Source: Candidatus Kerfeldbacteria bacterium
Lineage (GTDB): Bacteria; Patescibacteriota; Patescibacteriia; UBA9570; XYC2-FULL-38-9
Length of the DNA: 64,000 nt
Assembly (NCBI GenBank): GCA_043813585.1
Contig: JBDRKW010000020.1
Coordinates: 65,185-129,184 of the forward strand
Direction: 5' to 3'
Below are positions 26,129 through 34,939 of this stretch, piece by piece. The stretch's first letter is position 1, and each line of letters starts with the position of its first letter. The translations under genes were made by a program, and so were the position numbers. Below the pieces are notes generated by a model. The model did no database searches. It saw only the letters and a list, made by a program, of their open reading frames with translations, and had not been told where the DNA came from.

Positions 26129-27477
26129 AAATTACGTTTTGCGGAGCCACGCGGCAGGTTACCGGATCCTGCTATCTCGTTGAAACGGCAGAATCCAAGG
26201 TTCTTATCGACTGCGGTTTATTTCAGGGCGGCCGTATTGGTGAAAAACAGAATCTCGACAAGTTTCCGTTCAACCCGAAAGATATTACTGCGGTTGTACT
26301 TACGCATTCCCACCTGGACCACAGCGGCCGTATTCCGCGCCTGGTCCGGCATGGGTTCCGCGGACCTATTTACGCGACCAATCCGACCGTGAAATTTGCA
26401 CAGCTTTTTTTGGAAGACTCCGTTCATATTCTTGAGCAGGAAGCAGAGCGCCATCGCCATGAGCCCATATACCAGGAGGATGATGTCGTTCAGGCTTCGC
26501 GACAGTTTGAAGGCGTTGTCTATCACGATATGGTTGAAATAGCGCCCGGAATCTCTGCTCAATTTTTTGATGCGGGACATATCCTCGGTTCGGCATCGGT
26601 GCGCATTACCGCAGAGGGGAAATCAGTCGTCTTTTCGGGCGACCTTGGAAACCCGCCGGTTCCTATCCTGAAGCCAACGGAGTCGATTGACGATGCTGAT
26701 TTCGTGATCATGGAATCAACCTACGGCGCGCGCCTTCATGAAGATAAGGACAACCGCCGCCTTATCCTGCAGTCAGCGATCTATGAGACAATCATAATGA
26801 AAGGCGTGCTGATGATCCCCGCATTTGCCATGGAGCGTACGCAGGAAATCCTGTATGAGCTCAACGACATGATGAACAACAATGACATACCGCGTGTTCC
26901 CATCTTCCTCGACAGCCCGCTTGCCATCAGGGCTACGCGCATATTCAAGGAGTATGAAAAACATTTCAACAAGGAGGCGCGCGGAAATATTAAAAGCGGC
27001 GATGACATTTTTCATTTTCCCGGCCTGCATATGACCCTTGATTCCGTTGAGTCCAAAGCCATCAATGATGCTCCGGCCCCAAAGGTGATCATCGCCGGTT
27101 CGGGTATGGCGCAGGGCGGGAGGATCCTGCACCATATCAAACGGTATATAGGGCATTTTGCGAACCAATATCTCATTGTCGGTTATCAGGTGGAAGGTTC
27201 GCTCGGCCGCCGCATTCTTGACGGCGAAAAGACAATTAAAGTTCATGGGTCGCCATACACCGTTCGGGCAAAGGTGCGCGCAATCGGCGGCTATTCTTCG
27301 CATGCCGACCGCGACAAGCTCACGACATGGGTTAGCGAATTCGACCGGAAGAAATTGAAGAAAGTGTTCATCACGCACGGGGAAGAGATGCAGTCCCTCG
27401 AGCTTCAGCGCCATTTTCAGCAACAATTTGAATTCGAACCGGTCGTGCCTACTATGCTTGAATCATTTGAGCTCTAG
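26125..27477 (+). CDS. beta-CASP family MBL-fold ribonuclease (TTHA0252-like, RNA-metabolising)
   Basis: 'MKITFCGATRQVTGSCYLVE...VLIDCGLFQG', 'THSHLDHSGRIP', beta-CASP region and C-terminal 'GYSSHAD'. Confidence 0.8.
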   Translation: MKITFCGATRQVTGSCYLVETAESKVLIDCGLFQGGRIGEKQNLDKFPFNPKDITAVVLTHSHLDHSGRIPRLVRHGFRGPIYATNPTVKFAQLFLEDSVHILEQEAERHRHEPIYQEDDVVQASRQFEGVVYHDMVEIAPGISAQFFDAGHILGSASVRITAEGKSVVFSGDLGNPPVPILKPTESIDDADFVIMESTYGARLHEDKDNRRLILQSAIYETIIMKGVLMIPAFAMERTQEILYELNDMMNNNDIPRVPIFLDSPLAIRATRIFKEYEKHFNKEARGNIKSGDDIFHFPGLHMTLDSVESKAINDAPAPKVIIAGSGMAQGGRILHHIKRYIGHFANQYLIVGYQVEGSLGRRILDGEKTIKVHGSPYTVRAKVRAIGGYSSHADRDKLTTWVSEFDRKKLKKVFITHGEEMQSLELQRHFQQQFEFEPVVPTMLESFEL

Positions 27478-27480
27478 CGT

Positions 27481-27486
27481 TATACT
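27481..27486 (+). promoter_or_regulatory. TATACT -10 element upstream of the 27519 gene
   Basis: cgtTATACTa lies 32 nt before the ATG. A strong SD 'AAGGAGG' is also present. Confidence 0.35.
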
Positions 27487-27518
27487 ATATCTACAATCAA
27501 CATAACTAAGGAGGCACT

Positions 27519-27848
27519 ATGGCAAAAAAGAAAAATGTATCAAAGTTTCTTATCGGCGCCGGAGTCGCGGCAGCAGTCGCGGCAGGCGTAGTCGGGTTCC
27601 TGACCCAGACGAAGAAGGGGAAAGAGCTCACAAAAAAAGGTAAGGACGCGGCAGGCGAAATTGCAAAGAATGTCGCTGTCAAAGCGGAAAAGATGAAGGT
27701 CGCTACAAAGGCAAAGTATGACGAGATCGTCGACGACGTCGTGGCAGAATACCAGAAGAAGAAAAAGATCACGAAGAGCACGGCAGACGAGCTTGCAACG
27801 GAGCTCAAGAAGGAATGGATCAAAGTCAAGCGCGAATTGAAAAAATAA
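27519..27848 (+). CDS. small lysine-rich membrane-anchored protein (109 aa), function unknown
   Basis: One TM 'FLIGAGVAAAVAAGVVGFL' followed by a K/E-rich helical tail. Strong RBS. Flanked by a terminator. Confidence 0.5.
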   Translation: MAKKKNVSKFLIGAGVAAAVAAGVVGFLTQTKKGKELTKKGKDAAGEIAKNVAVKAEKMKVATKAKYDEIVDDVVAEYQKKKKITKSTADELATELKKEWIKVKRELKK

Positions 27849-27855
27849 CAATACG

Positions 27856-27882
27856 AAAGGCCGCCTCACCGGGCGGCTTTTT
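27856..27882. terminator. bidirectional rho-independent terminator (AAAGGCCGCC-tcacc-GGGCGGCTTTTT)
   Basis: A-run, GC stem, T-run. Lies between convergent genes (27519..27848 + and the GNAT gene on the minus strand). Confidence 0.65.
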
Positions 27883-27915
27883 GCTTCCTGCGAATTTAAA
27901 AATGGTCTGAAAAGA

Positions 27916-28395
27916 TCAACTAATTTTTTTCTTCATCCGCTGGACGCGCAGACCGTGCTTCGTGGGTAACCCCCATGTTTTTTTATAACCGAGTTTTTCA
28001 TAGAACGGCACGGCGTGAAGGCTTGAACGAACCCGTACTGTTTTGATTCCTCTCCCGAGCGCCCATTTCTCAAATGCTGTCATCAGCTCCCTGCCGATGC
28101 CCCTGCCATGAAACGCGCTGTCAACATACAGGTTAAACGCCCGTCCCATGGTGCCGCGCACAAAACCCACAATCCTTACATCCTCTTCAGCGACAAACGC
28201 AATTTGGCTGCCCGCAAACTTCGCTTTGATATTCTGGAGATTATCAACAGGGTCAAAAAAGTCCAGATAGGCCTGGATAGCTTCTTGCGAGCCCTCTTCC
28301 ATATTGCATTCACGGTATGTATTCCTAATCATTTCAGCAACCGCGAACGCGTCCTGTTCCATATATGGTCGAATCTTTATACGCGTAACCAGCAT
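27916..28395 (-). CDS. GNAT family N-acetyltransferase
   Basis: 'RGIGRELMTAFEKWALGRGIKTVRVRSSLHAVPFYEKLGY' matches acetyl-CoA-binding motif A. Confidence 0.75.
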   Translation of the reverse strand: MLVTRIKIRPYMEQDAFAVAEMIRNTYRECNMEEGSQEAIQAYLDFFDPVDNLQNIKAKFAGSQIAFVAEEDVRIVGFVRGTMGRAFNLYVDSAFHGRGIGRELMTAFEKWALGRGIKTVRVRSSLHAVPFYEKLGYKKTWGLPTKHGLRVQRMKKKIS

Positions 28396-28404
28396 TCCAG
28401 CAAG

Positions 28405-29472
28405 TTAACGCTTTAAACCCCCGGGAAGTCTTGCGAGTTGCGTTTTAAGGCCGTTTGCGTAATCAGATACAAGTCCCTTCAACGCCGTGATCTCGTTGTA
28501 CTGCGACGGCCGTCCAAAAATCTCCATGAATCCGTGGCCGTTTACTTCTTTCGAGCCGACTGTTCCACGCACATCCATCGGCCCCTCCCAATAATTCACT
28601 TTTGCAAACAGCATCTCCGGGTCTTTGCGGAGCGGCTTCACGGTAATATTAATCTTCTTTGACGGAATTGATATCTTCCACGAGATCGAGTAGGTCGCTT
28701 TTGTTTTCGGGCTTTTCCATTTCTCATCGAGTGCCGTGAAGTGAACATCAGAGGTGTGCGTCTGTGTGCCGTTTGGGTTCATAATGCTTGCCCAGCAATC
28801 ATCACGCTCATCATCACCATAAATGTAGCACAGTATCTCTGTTCCATTATCCAGTTGGAGCGAAAACCAGGTCCATTGCCTTGAGGAGGCAAAATTCAGC
28901 TTTGACCACTGGTGGTCCATCCACGACAATCCGGTTACTTCAAGATCGCGGTCGTTCTGCCGGATGGTTCCTTTTGTATCCAGGTGGGTGAGCGTGTAGT
29001 AGTACGATCCTTTATTGCCAAGGCGCTGGTATCCATCTCCACCAACCATGAGCGGTTTCTTTTTCGATTCCAGCGATAGATTGACCTGTTCGTTCTTCAC
29101 CCGGTAATTGAACAGTGATGTCTCTTCAATGCTGTTGTTGAAGTATCCGTTCATCACGAACGGACTCGCAAAGTTGACGAATAACAGATCCCTGGTAAAC
29201 GAGTCACGAGAAGGAATGACAATATATTCCATAATAGGTGCAAACGAACGTTTTGCTACGTTGAACAGCTGCGAATGCGCGAAATAGAGCGTCTTAAACG
29301 GCATGCGCTTTAGCATAGGTTCTCCAACGTGCCTCGTGTCAACCTTGAATAACGTTGACATATACGCATAGCGGCTGCCGCGCTTATCCCATAAATGCCC
29401 ATTGAAATACCACCATTCAATGATTGCGTCGTCGTGCTTATTTTCGTCGCGCGGGAATAGAACTTTTTTCAT
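28405..29472 (-). CDS. CrtC/AttH-like lipocalin-fold protein (carotenoid 1,2-hydratase family homolog)
   Basis: 'HDDAIIEWWYFNGHL' and 'SWMDHQWS' are the hallmark CrtC/AttH motifs. ATG at 29472 (MKKVLF) preferred over the longer track ORF. Confidence 0.55.
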   Translation of the reverse strand: MKKVLFPRDENKHDDAIIEWWYFNGHLWDKRGSRYAYMSTLFKVDTRHVGEPMLKRMPFKTLYFAHSQLFNVAKRSFAPIMEYIVIPSRDSFTRDLLFVNFASPFVMNGYFNNSIEETSLFNYRVKNEQVNLSLESKKKPLMVGGDGYQRLGNKGSYYYTLTHLDTKGTIRQNDRDLEVTGLSWMDHQWSKLNFASSRQWTWFSLQLDNGTEILCYIYGDDERDDCWASIMNPNGTQTHTSDVHFTALDEKWKSPKTKATYSISWKISIPSKKINITVKPLRKDPEMLFAKVNYWEGPMDVRGTVGSKEVNGHGFMEIFGRPSQYNEITALKGLVSDYANGLKTQLARLPGGLKR

Positions 29473-29531
29473 TTGCTTAGTATAGCAAAATATCTTGATT
29501 TTTTCACGATTGTTTGGCACTATTCGATTCA

Positions 29532-31025
29532 ATGGACAACAACGATCTCACGGAACATATCAAGAATAGTACGTGGTACCGCCAGGCGGTGAGCTCCAAT
29601 CTCTATTACGCATACGCGCCTTTTGACGCATATATCAAGCTCATGGGGCCGATTGCCTGTTTTGCCTATTTTGCGAACAATTTTCATGAAGGATACTTCG
29701 ACATCGACCGGTCATTTGAGATGGCCCGGGCAACACTCAAACAAGTTCGAAAGAATAGGGCGACTATCGATGAGATCCACGCGAAGTGGGAAGCTCTAAG
29801 AAGCGAACACGAGAAAAAAGTCGGACGTGTTAATGAAGGCGTCCTGCAGACATTAGATACGGATGCGTTCATAGAATTCCAGAGAGACTTTTTACAATCC
29901 TGGTGCGCACTTTGGATGATCTCTCTTTATGTAGAACCGTTTGATCCATCAGGTGAAGCATTATTGGAAGAGGAGATACAAAAAGCCGGTGTTCGACTTT
30001 CAAAGAATGAGATCGATACTCTGGTAACTCCGAACCGGCCGTTGTTTCATGCAGTGTTCGAGGCGATGCTAGCCAGCATTGCATTGAACAATTATGAACG
30101 GAAAGATCAGTTACTGAAGATGACTGACGAAGTTTCCTATCGGGATAACAGAATTATTGGATGTGCCGACCTGCAGAAGAAGTATTTCTGGAAAAAGAAT
30201 GACTGGGGGAATGCATGCGCCATGACAGAATATGATTTTTTCATAGAACTTGTTCCGTTGTTTACAAAATCAAAACAGGAACTGGGGGAGCTGATAGAAA
30301 GAGTTGAGACACACTCTAAAGACATTGCGATAAGGAAAAAAGAGATCATCGACAAGCACTCGCTGTCAGAGGAACTGCAAAACATCTTTTACTTGTTTGC
30401 TGAGATGACGCTCTTTCGCGACCAAAGGAAGATCAATATGCAAAAAACCGCAGCTGCGCTTGATGCGATGTTAGAATACATGGCTGACAGAACGGGACTG
30501 GAAAAAGGGCTGCTACGCAATGTTTATGTGACCGAGCTTTCAAGCCTGGACTTTTCCGACGATTATGTGGATCTGTTAAAAGAAAGGGAACAAGGGTCAA
30601 TGCAATATGCTGACAGCGACGGTGGGTATATGAACATCAGCGGAAAACAGGCACAAGATATTCATGATCTTCTTGAGCAAACATATAGGCAGCAGCATGC
30701 AGAGATTGTCGGCACGACAGGTTGCGGCGGGAAAGCTGCAGGAACAGTAAAGGTCATTAACACGCCCGAAGAATTTGGGAAAATGGAACAAGGAGATGTT
30801 TTGGTGGCACCGATGACTCGCCCTGAATACGTTCCGCTCATGAAAAAAGCGGCAGCGATCGTTACTGACGAGGGCGGCATTGCCTGCCATGCGGCAATCG
30901 TCTCGCGTGAGCTGGGCATACCGTGCATTATCGGTTCCCAAATCGCCACAAAGGCACTACATGACGGGGATATTGTGGAGGTTGATGCGGATAGTGGTCA
31001 AGTACGTATGATTGAAGAAAAATAA
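29532..31025 (+). CDS. PEP-utilising-enzyme mobile (phosphohistidine swivel) domain protein with ~390-aa helical N-domain, paralog A
   Basis: C-terminal 'GKAAGTVKVI...GDVLVAPMTRPEYVPLMKKAAAIVTDEGGIACHAAIVSRELGIPCIIG' matches the PEP-utilizers domain with its catalytic His. No PPDK_N ATP-grasp domain. The track ORF begins at TTG 29514. Confidence 0.7.
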   Translation: MDNNDLTEHIKNSTWYRQAVSSNLYYAYAPFDAYIKLMGPIACFAYFANNFHEGYFDIDRSFEMARATLKQVRKNRATIDEIHAKWEALRSEHEKKVGRVNEGVLQTLDTDAFIEFQRDFLQSWCALWMISLYVEPFDPSGEALLEEEIQKAGVRLSKNEIDTLVTPNRPLFHAVFEAMLASIALNNYERKDQLLKMTDEVSYRDNRIIGCADLQKKYFWKKNDWGNACAMTEYDFFIELVPLFTKSKQELGELIERVETHSKDIAIRKKEIIDKHSLSEELQNIFYLFAEMTLFRDQRKINMQKTAAALDAMLEYMADRTGLEKGLLRNVYVTELSSLDFSDDYVDLLKEREQGSMQYADSDGGYMNISGKQAQDIHDLLEQTYRQQHAEIVGTTGCGGKAAGTVKVINTPEEFGKMEQGDVLVAPMTRPEYVPLMKKAAAIVTDEGGIACHAAIVSRELGIPCIIGSQIATKALHDGDIVEVDADSGQVRMIEEK

Positions 31026-32531
31026 ATGACATTCGAACAAGCAAAAAAGAAAGCAGGGGGACATACCTGGTGGAGCGAAGAATGCCCGGGCAAGATGCAG
31101 TATTGCTATTGGATGCATGGCGCGGTGGAGCAGCAGCTCTATTTTACGCCCGGCTTATTGAGCGTCTGTTTTTGCACGGTCCAAAACGGCTATCTTAAAG
31201 AAAAGTCTTCAGAACAGGAAAAACTACAACAGTATTTCTGGTTAAAGGAGCAGTATCAGGACGACCATGGGTACATCGACCAGGAGCACGACCGCTGGAT
31301 GCAGGTTCGCAACGATAAGGTTGCATCGTGTCAGGAGATAGTTTCCCACACAGGCAAGTGGAGCCGTAAACAGCTGTTGGAACAATACAGCCGCTTGCTG
31401 TCGCTCGCAGTCGATTCGGTCAGATGGGGGTTCTGGATCGAGAACGTGGACGTGTATACAAACAATGAACTTCCAAAAAAAATGGCAGAAGTGCTTCCGG
31501 ACATGGACAGCACGGAACGAAGTACTCTGACAGTGACGATGTGCACACCACTGATCGTGAGTTTTATGGAAGAATATCGCATCGACAAGTATCATGTGAT
31601 ACTCAACTACAGAAACGAACTGAATGAACCAACTGAAAGGGCCAAAAAAGCGGTTCAATCCTTCCACATGCAATACCGGTATATTTCCGTCAACTATGGA
31701 GGGTCGCCACCGCTCACAGAAGAAGATATTTGGAGGGAAATTCTTGAGGATGCAGCAACGCATACGGATGAAGAGCTGAAACAGGAGATCGACGATATTG
31801 AAGACAAGATTGATCGTGTCGCAGCCCAGCAATCAGCACTGGAAGAACAGCACCAGTTTCCGATGGATCTGTTGGACGACTTCACCATCATTCGTTCCAT
31901 AGGCGCATGGATGGATGAGCGCAAGGAATCGATGGTGAAGACATCGTTCGCAATCTGGACCATACTTGGAGCAATCGCCGATACAACCGGGATACCAAAA
32001 AGCGAACTGGAGTGGTATACGGTTGAGGAGATAAAAGCGTTGTTGCGTGATGATACGTGCATTCCAGCGGAACAAATACAGGAACGCAACCATAATTCCG
32101 TTATCGCCAGCGAGTTCGACGGCAAAGAGGGGAGCGATATAACGTTCTTTACGGGAAGCGAGGCGGATGAGCTGAGTGCGCTTCTTAACGCGGGCAATAC
32201 AGATGTGTTGGAAGGCATCGTCGCCAGTGCTCCTGATGCGGCCGGCGCAGTCTTTGCCGGCACGGTACAAATCGTAACAGATATCGAAAAAGAGGATTTT
32301 GAAGCGGGAAACATACTAGTGACCTCCATGACACGTCCGGATTTCATGCCGCTTATGAAGAAAGCGGCAGCAATAATCACCAATGAAGGCGGCATGACCT
32401 GCCACGCGGCAATTGTGGCGCGCGAGTTGGGCATTCCCTGCATTATTGGAACCAAATATGCAACAGAAACGCTGAGAAACGGCGATACGGCAGCGATGAA
32501 CATGGAGACTGGGGAGATTACAATCCAATAG
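31026..32531 (+). CDS. PEP-utilising swivel-domain protein, paralog B
   Basis: C-terminal 'GNILVTSMTRPDFMPLMKKAAAIITNEGGMTCHAAIVARELGIPCIIG'. Divergent N-domain. Starts 1 nt after paralog A. Confidence 0.7.
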   Translation: MTFEQAKKKAGGHTWWSEECPGKMQYCYWMHGAVEQQLYFTPGLLSVCFCTVQNGYLKEKSSEQEKLQQYFWLKEQYQDDHGYIDQEHDRWMQVRNDKVASCQEIVSHTGKWSRKQLLEQYSRLLSLAVDSVRWGFWIENVDVYTNNELPKKMAEVLPDMDSTERSTLTVTMCTPLIVSFMEEYRIDKYHVILNYRNELNEPTERAKKAVQSFHMQYRYISVNYGGSPPLTEEDIWREILEDAATHTDEELKQEIDDIEDKIDRVAAQQSALEEQHQFPMDLLDDFTIIRSIGAWMDERKESMVKTSFAIWTILGAIADTTGIPKSELEWYTVEEIKALLRDDTCIPAEQIQERNHNSVIASEFDGKEGSDITFFTGSEADELSALLNAGNTDVLEGIVASAPDAAGAVFAGTVQIVTDIEKEDFEAGNILVTSMTRPDFMPLMKKAAAIITNEGGMTCHAAIVARELGIPCIIGTKYATETLRNGDTAAMNMETGEITIQ

Positions 32532-32532
32532 T

Positions 32533-33978
32533 ATGAATAACGTTATCTCACATGGCCGTGAAAAACTGCGCTGGGGCCCGCTCGACGGAACCTACACGTC
32601 ATTGATCGGCACGGCTGAAGGCGTGGTGATGAAATTGTATGACCACTATCAGTTTGAATGGCCCGCAGGCGTGATGATGGCACGCGGGAACCGGTGGCAA
32701 TGGGTGCAGGACTGGGATCGTCTTATCGAACAAAGCTTCAAGTGTTTTCAAACCCTGATTTTACCCGAAGAAAAGCGCAAAGAGATACGGCAGGCATACG
32801 ATACGCAGGTGAAGCACAATCGGAGTTATGCCGATGCGGTATACAACGGTGAGCTCCCCAAGTTAGATAATGACGCGTTTGTTTCATTCTTCCGGGACTG
32901 GTTTGAGAATTACATTTCATTCTGGGGGCACTCATCACCTTGCGAGCTTTCAACCTGGGGAACAGTGGACCACCTGCAAAAAGAACTTGAACAGCGCAAC
33001 CTCAAGCCGGATGAACTCGCACGGGCATTAGAAACGCTTACCGCGCCAAGCGGATTGTCATTCTTCCAGGAGGCAGAGGCTGATTTATTAAGGACGCTCA
33101 TCAATAAAGAGCCGCTGCAAAGCCACATTGACAGATACTACTGGCTCGGTAACAGTTATGCAGGAGCAAAACGCCGCATGCTAGAAGACATTGAAGAACA
33201 GGCAGCAGAGTTGAGCAGCAAAAAAGACAGCCTGGAAGAGCAATATGCAGTGCTGACGGCATACGCAAAACAGCTGCAACAAAAACGAACAAGGATCCAG
33301 GAAGAGTTTACGCTGCCTGATGAGTTAATGGATAAAAGTCGCGCGCTTGGGATCGCAGTGACATGGCAGGATGAGCGCAAAGGAGAGATGTTCCGGCAGA
33401 TGGACGTGCTCTTTAATTGTGTAGACGAATATGCGCGCAGATTTGGCGCTGAGCGGGACGACATCAACTGGGTTGATGTGCACGAGCTTCTCGAAAATGC
33501 AGAAGACACAAACAAGATTGCAGAACTAGCCGAGGATCGCCGCGGGCATTGCGTGGTCTTCTTTTCCAAGGAGTCACACGAGACAACCGGTGGAATAAAA
33601 GCGGAAGAGTACCTTAATGAATATTGGGAAGACGAACCCGTGAATGACGAACTGAAAGGAACGGTTGCGAGTTTCGGTGATGGCGAAAGGACGGTAACCG
33701 GACAAGTCACCATAATTCATTCGGCGTTTGAAGACAAGGATTTCAAAGAGGGAAGCATACTGGCGTCAGCCATGACCACGCCGGAATTCATGCCGCTGAT
33801 CAAAAAAGCAAAAGCAATTATCACTGATGAAGGCGGCCTGACTGCGCATGCGGCAGTGGTTTCCCGTGAAATGGGCATACCGTGCATTGTTGGGACGAAA
33901 TTCGCAACAAAACTGCTAAAAGACGGCGATAGTGTTACAATGAATCTTCAGACGGGGGAAATTATCAAAAACAATTAA
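32533..33978 (+). CDS. PEP-utilising swivel-domain protein, paralog C
   Basis: C-terminal 'GSILASAMTTPEFMPLIKKAKAIITDEGGLTAHAAVVSREMGIPCIVG'. Divergent N-domain. Starts 2 nt after paralog B. Confidence 0.7.
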   Translation: MNNVISHGREKLRWGPLDGTYTSLIGTAEGVVMKLYDHYQFEWPAGVMMARGNRWQWVQDWDRLIEQSFKCFQTLILPEEKRKEIRQAYDTQVKHNRSYADAVYNGELPKLDNDAFVSFFRDWFENYISFWGHSSPCELSTWGTVDHLQKELEQRNLKPDELARALETLTAPSGLSFFQEAEADLLRTLINKEPLQSHIDRYYWLGNSYAGAKRRMLEDIEEQAAELSSKKDSLEEQYAVLTAYAKQLQQKRTRIQEEFTLPDELMDKSRALGIAVTWQDERKGEMFRQMDVLFNCVDEYARRFGAERDDINWVDVHELLENAEDTNKIAELAEDRRGHCVVFFSKESHETTGGIKAEEYLNEYWEDEPVNDELKGTVASFGDGERTVTGQVTIIHSAFEDKDFKEGSILASAMTTPEFMPLIKKAKAIITDEGGLTAHAAVVSREMGIPCIVGTKFATKLLKDGDSVTMNLQTGEIIKNN

Positions 33979-33988
33979 TCGTACGCAT

Positions 33989-34933
33989 ATGGCAAAACGG
34001 GATTTTGTCCACACAACAGACTTCAGCAAGGAGGATTATGATGAAATATTCCGCCGCGCGAAGATATTTGAAGAGGGCATAAAAGCAGGCAAAGATTTTA
34101 CGCACCTGATGCCAGGTAAGGTGCTGGCAAGCATGTTCCTGAAAGAAAGCACCCGCACAATGACCAGCGCGCAGTCAGCGATTATCCGGCTGGGCGGCGC
34201 GTGGACAGGACTGACCGGGACTGCCGGAACCTACCTGGCGACCGGCGAAGAAGACGTCTATGACATCTGCGAATCCATCGCAGAAGTTGCTGATCTCATG
34301 TACCTCCGCTACAACGACGTGGACCCGAAAGAGCTTGCGAAGAAGATCAACATCCCGCTGATCAACGGCATGTGCGGCGGGGACGAACATGCCACCGGCG
34401 CCATGGCACTTGCGTATCCGTGGTCAAAGCGCATAGACCTGACCGGAAAAACTATCGGCATGTATGGCATGGTCAGTTCCAGCCGGCCGATGAAAGCGAT
34501 AGCTAGCATGCTTGCTCCGTACGGCGTTAAATTTGTAATTGACCCCGTGGTCGACGTATTTAAATTCCCGGAGCACATTACCAAACTCGCAACCGAGCGC
34601 GGTGCGACAATCGAATACAAGCCGTGGGAAGAGTGGATCGGTGATGCAGATGCGTTTATTTGGGTGGAGGGCCTGCCGCAGGCCGGCGAGCCGGAAGAGA
34701 ACGTGAAAAAGTTCAACGAGAAATTCCATCAGTTCACGGCAGCTGACATCAAGCGCGCCAAAGATGATGCGCTGTTCTTGGCCTGCATGCCGCGTATGAC
34801 AACAGACGGTCGTCTGACAATGGCCAAGGACTGCGACGACCACCCGAATAACTCATCGTTTGAGGCGCTGAATTTGTTCGTCTATGTCACAATGGCGCTC
34901 TATACCTATCTACTCGACGTTAAGGTTGATTAA
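33989..34933 (+). CDS. aspartate/ornithine carbamoyltransferase-fold protein with degenerate catalytic motifs
   Basis: 'FLKESTRTMTSAQSAIIRLGG' resembles the STRTR carbamoyl-phosphate loop with R replaced by M. 'DEHATG' sits where HPxQ is expected, and 'ACMPR' where HCLP/HPLP is expected. Confidence 0.5.
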   Translation: MAKRDFVHTTDFSKEDYDEIFRRAKIFEEGIKAGKDFTHLMPGKVLASMFLKESTRTMTSAQSAIIRLGGAWTGLTGTAGTYLATGEEDVYDICESIAEVADLMYLRYNDVDPKELAKKINIPLINGMCGGDEHATGAMALAYPWSKRIDLTGKTIGMYGMVSSSRPMKAIASMLAPYGVKFVIDPVVDVFKFPEHITKLATERGATIEYKPWEEWIGDADAFIWVEGLPQAGEPEENVKKFNEKFHQFTAADIKRAKDDALFLACMPRMTTDGRLTMAKDCDDHPNNSSFEALNLFVYVTMALYTYLLDVKVD

Positions 34934-34939
34934 ACGTAT

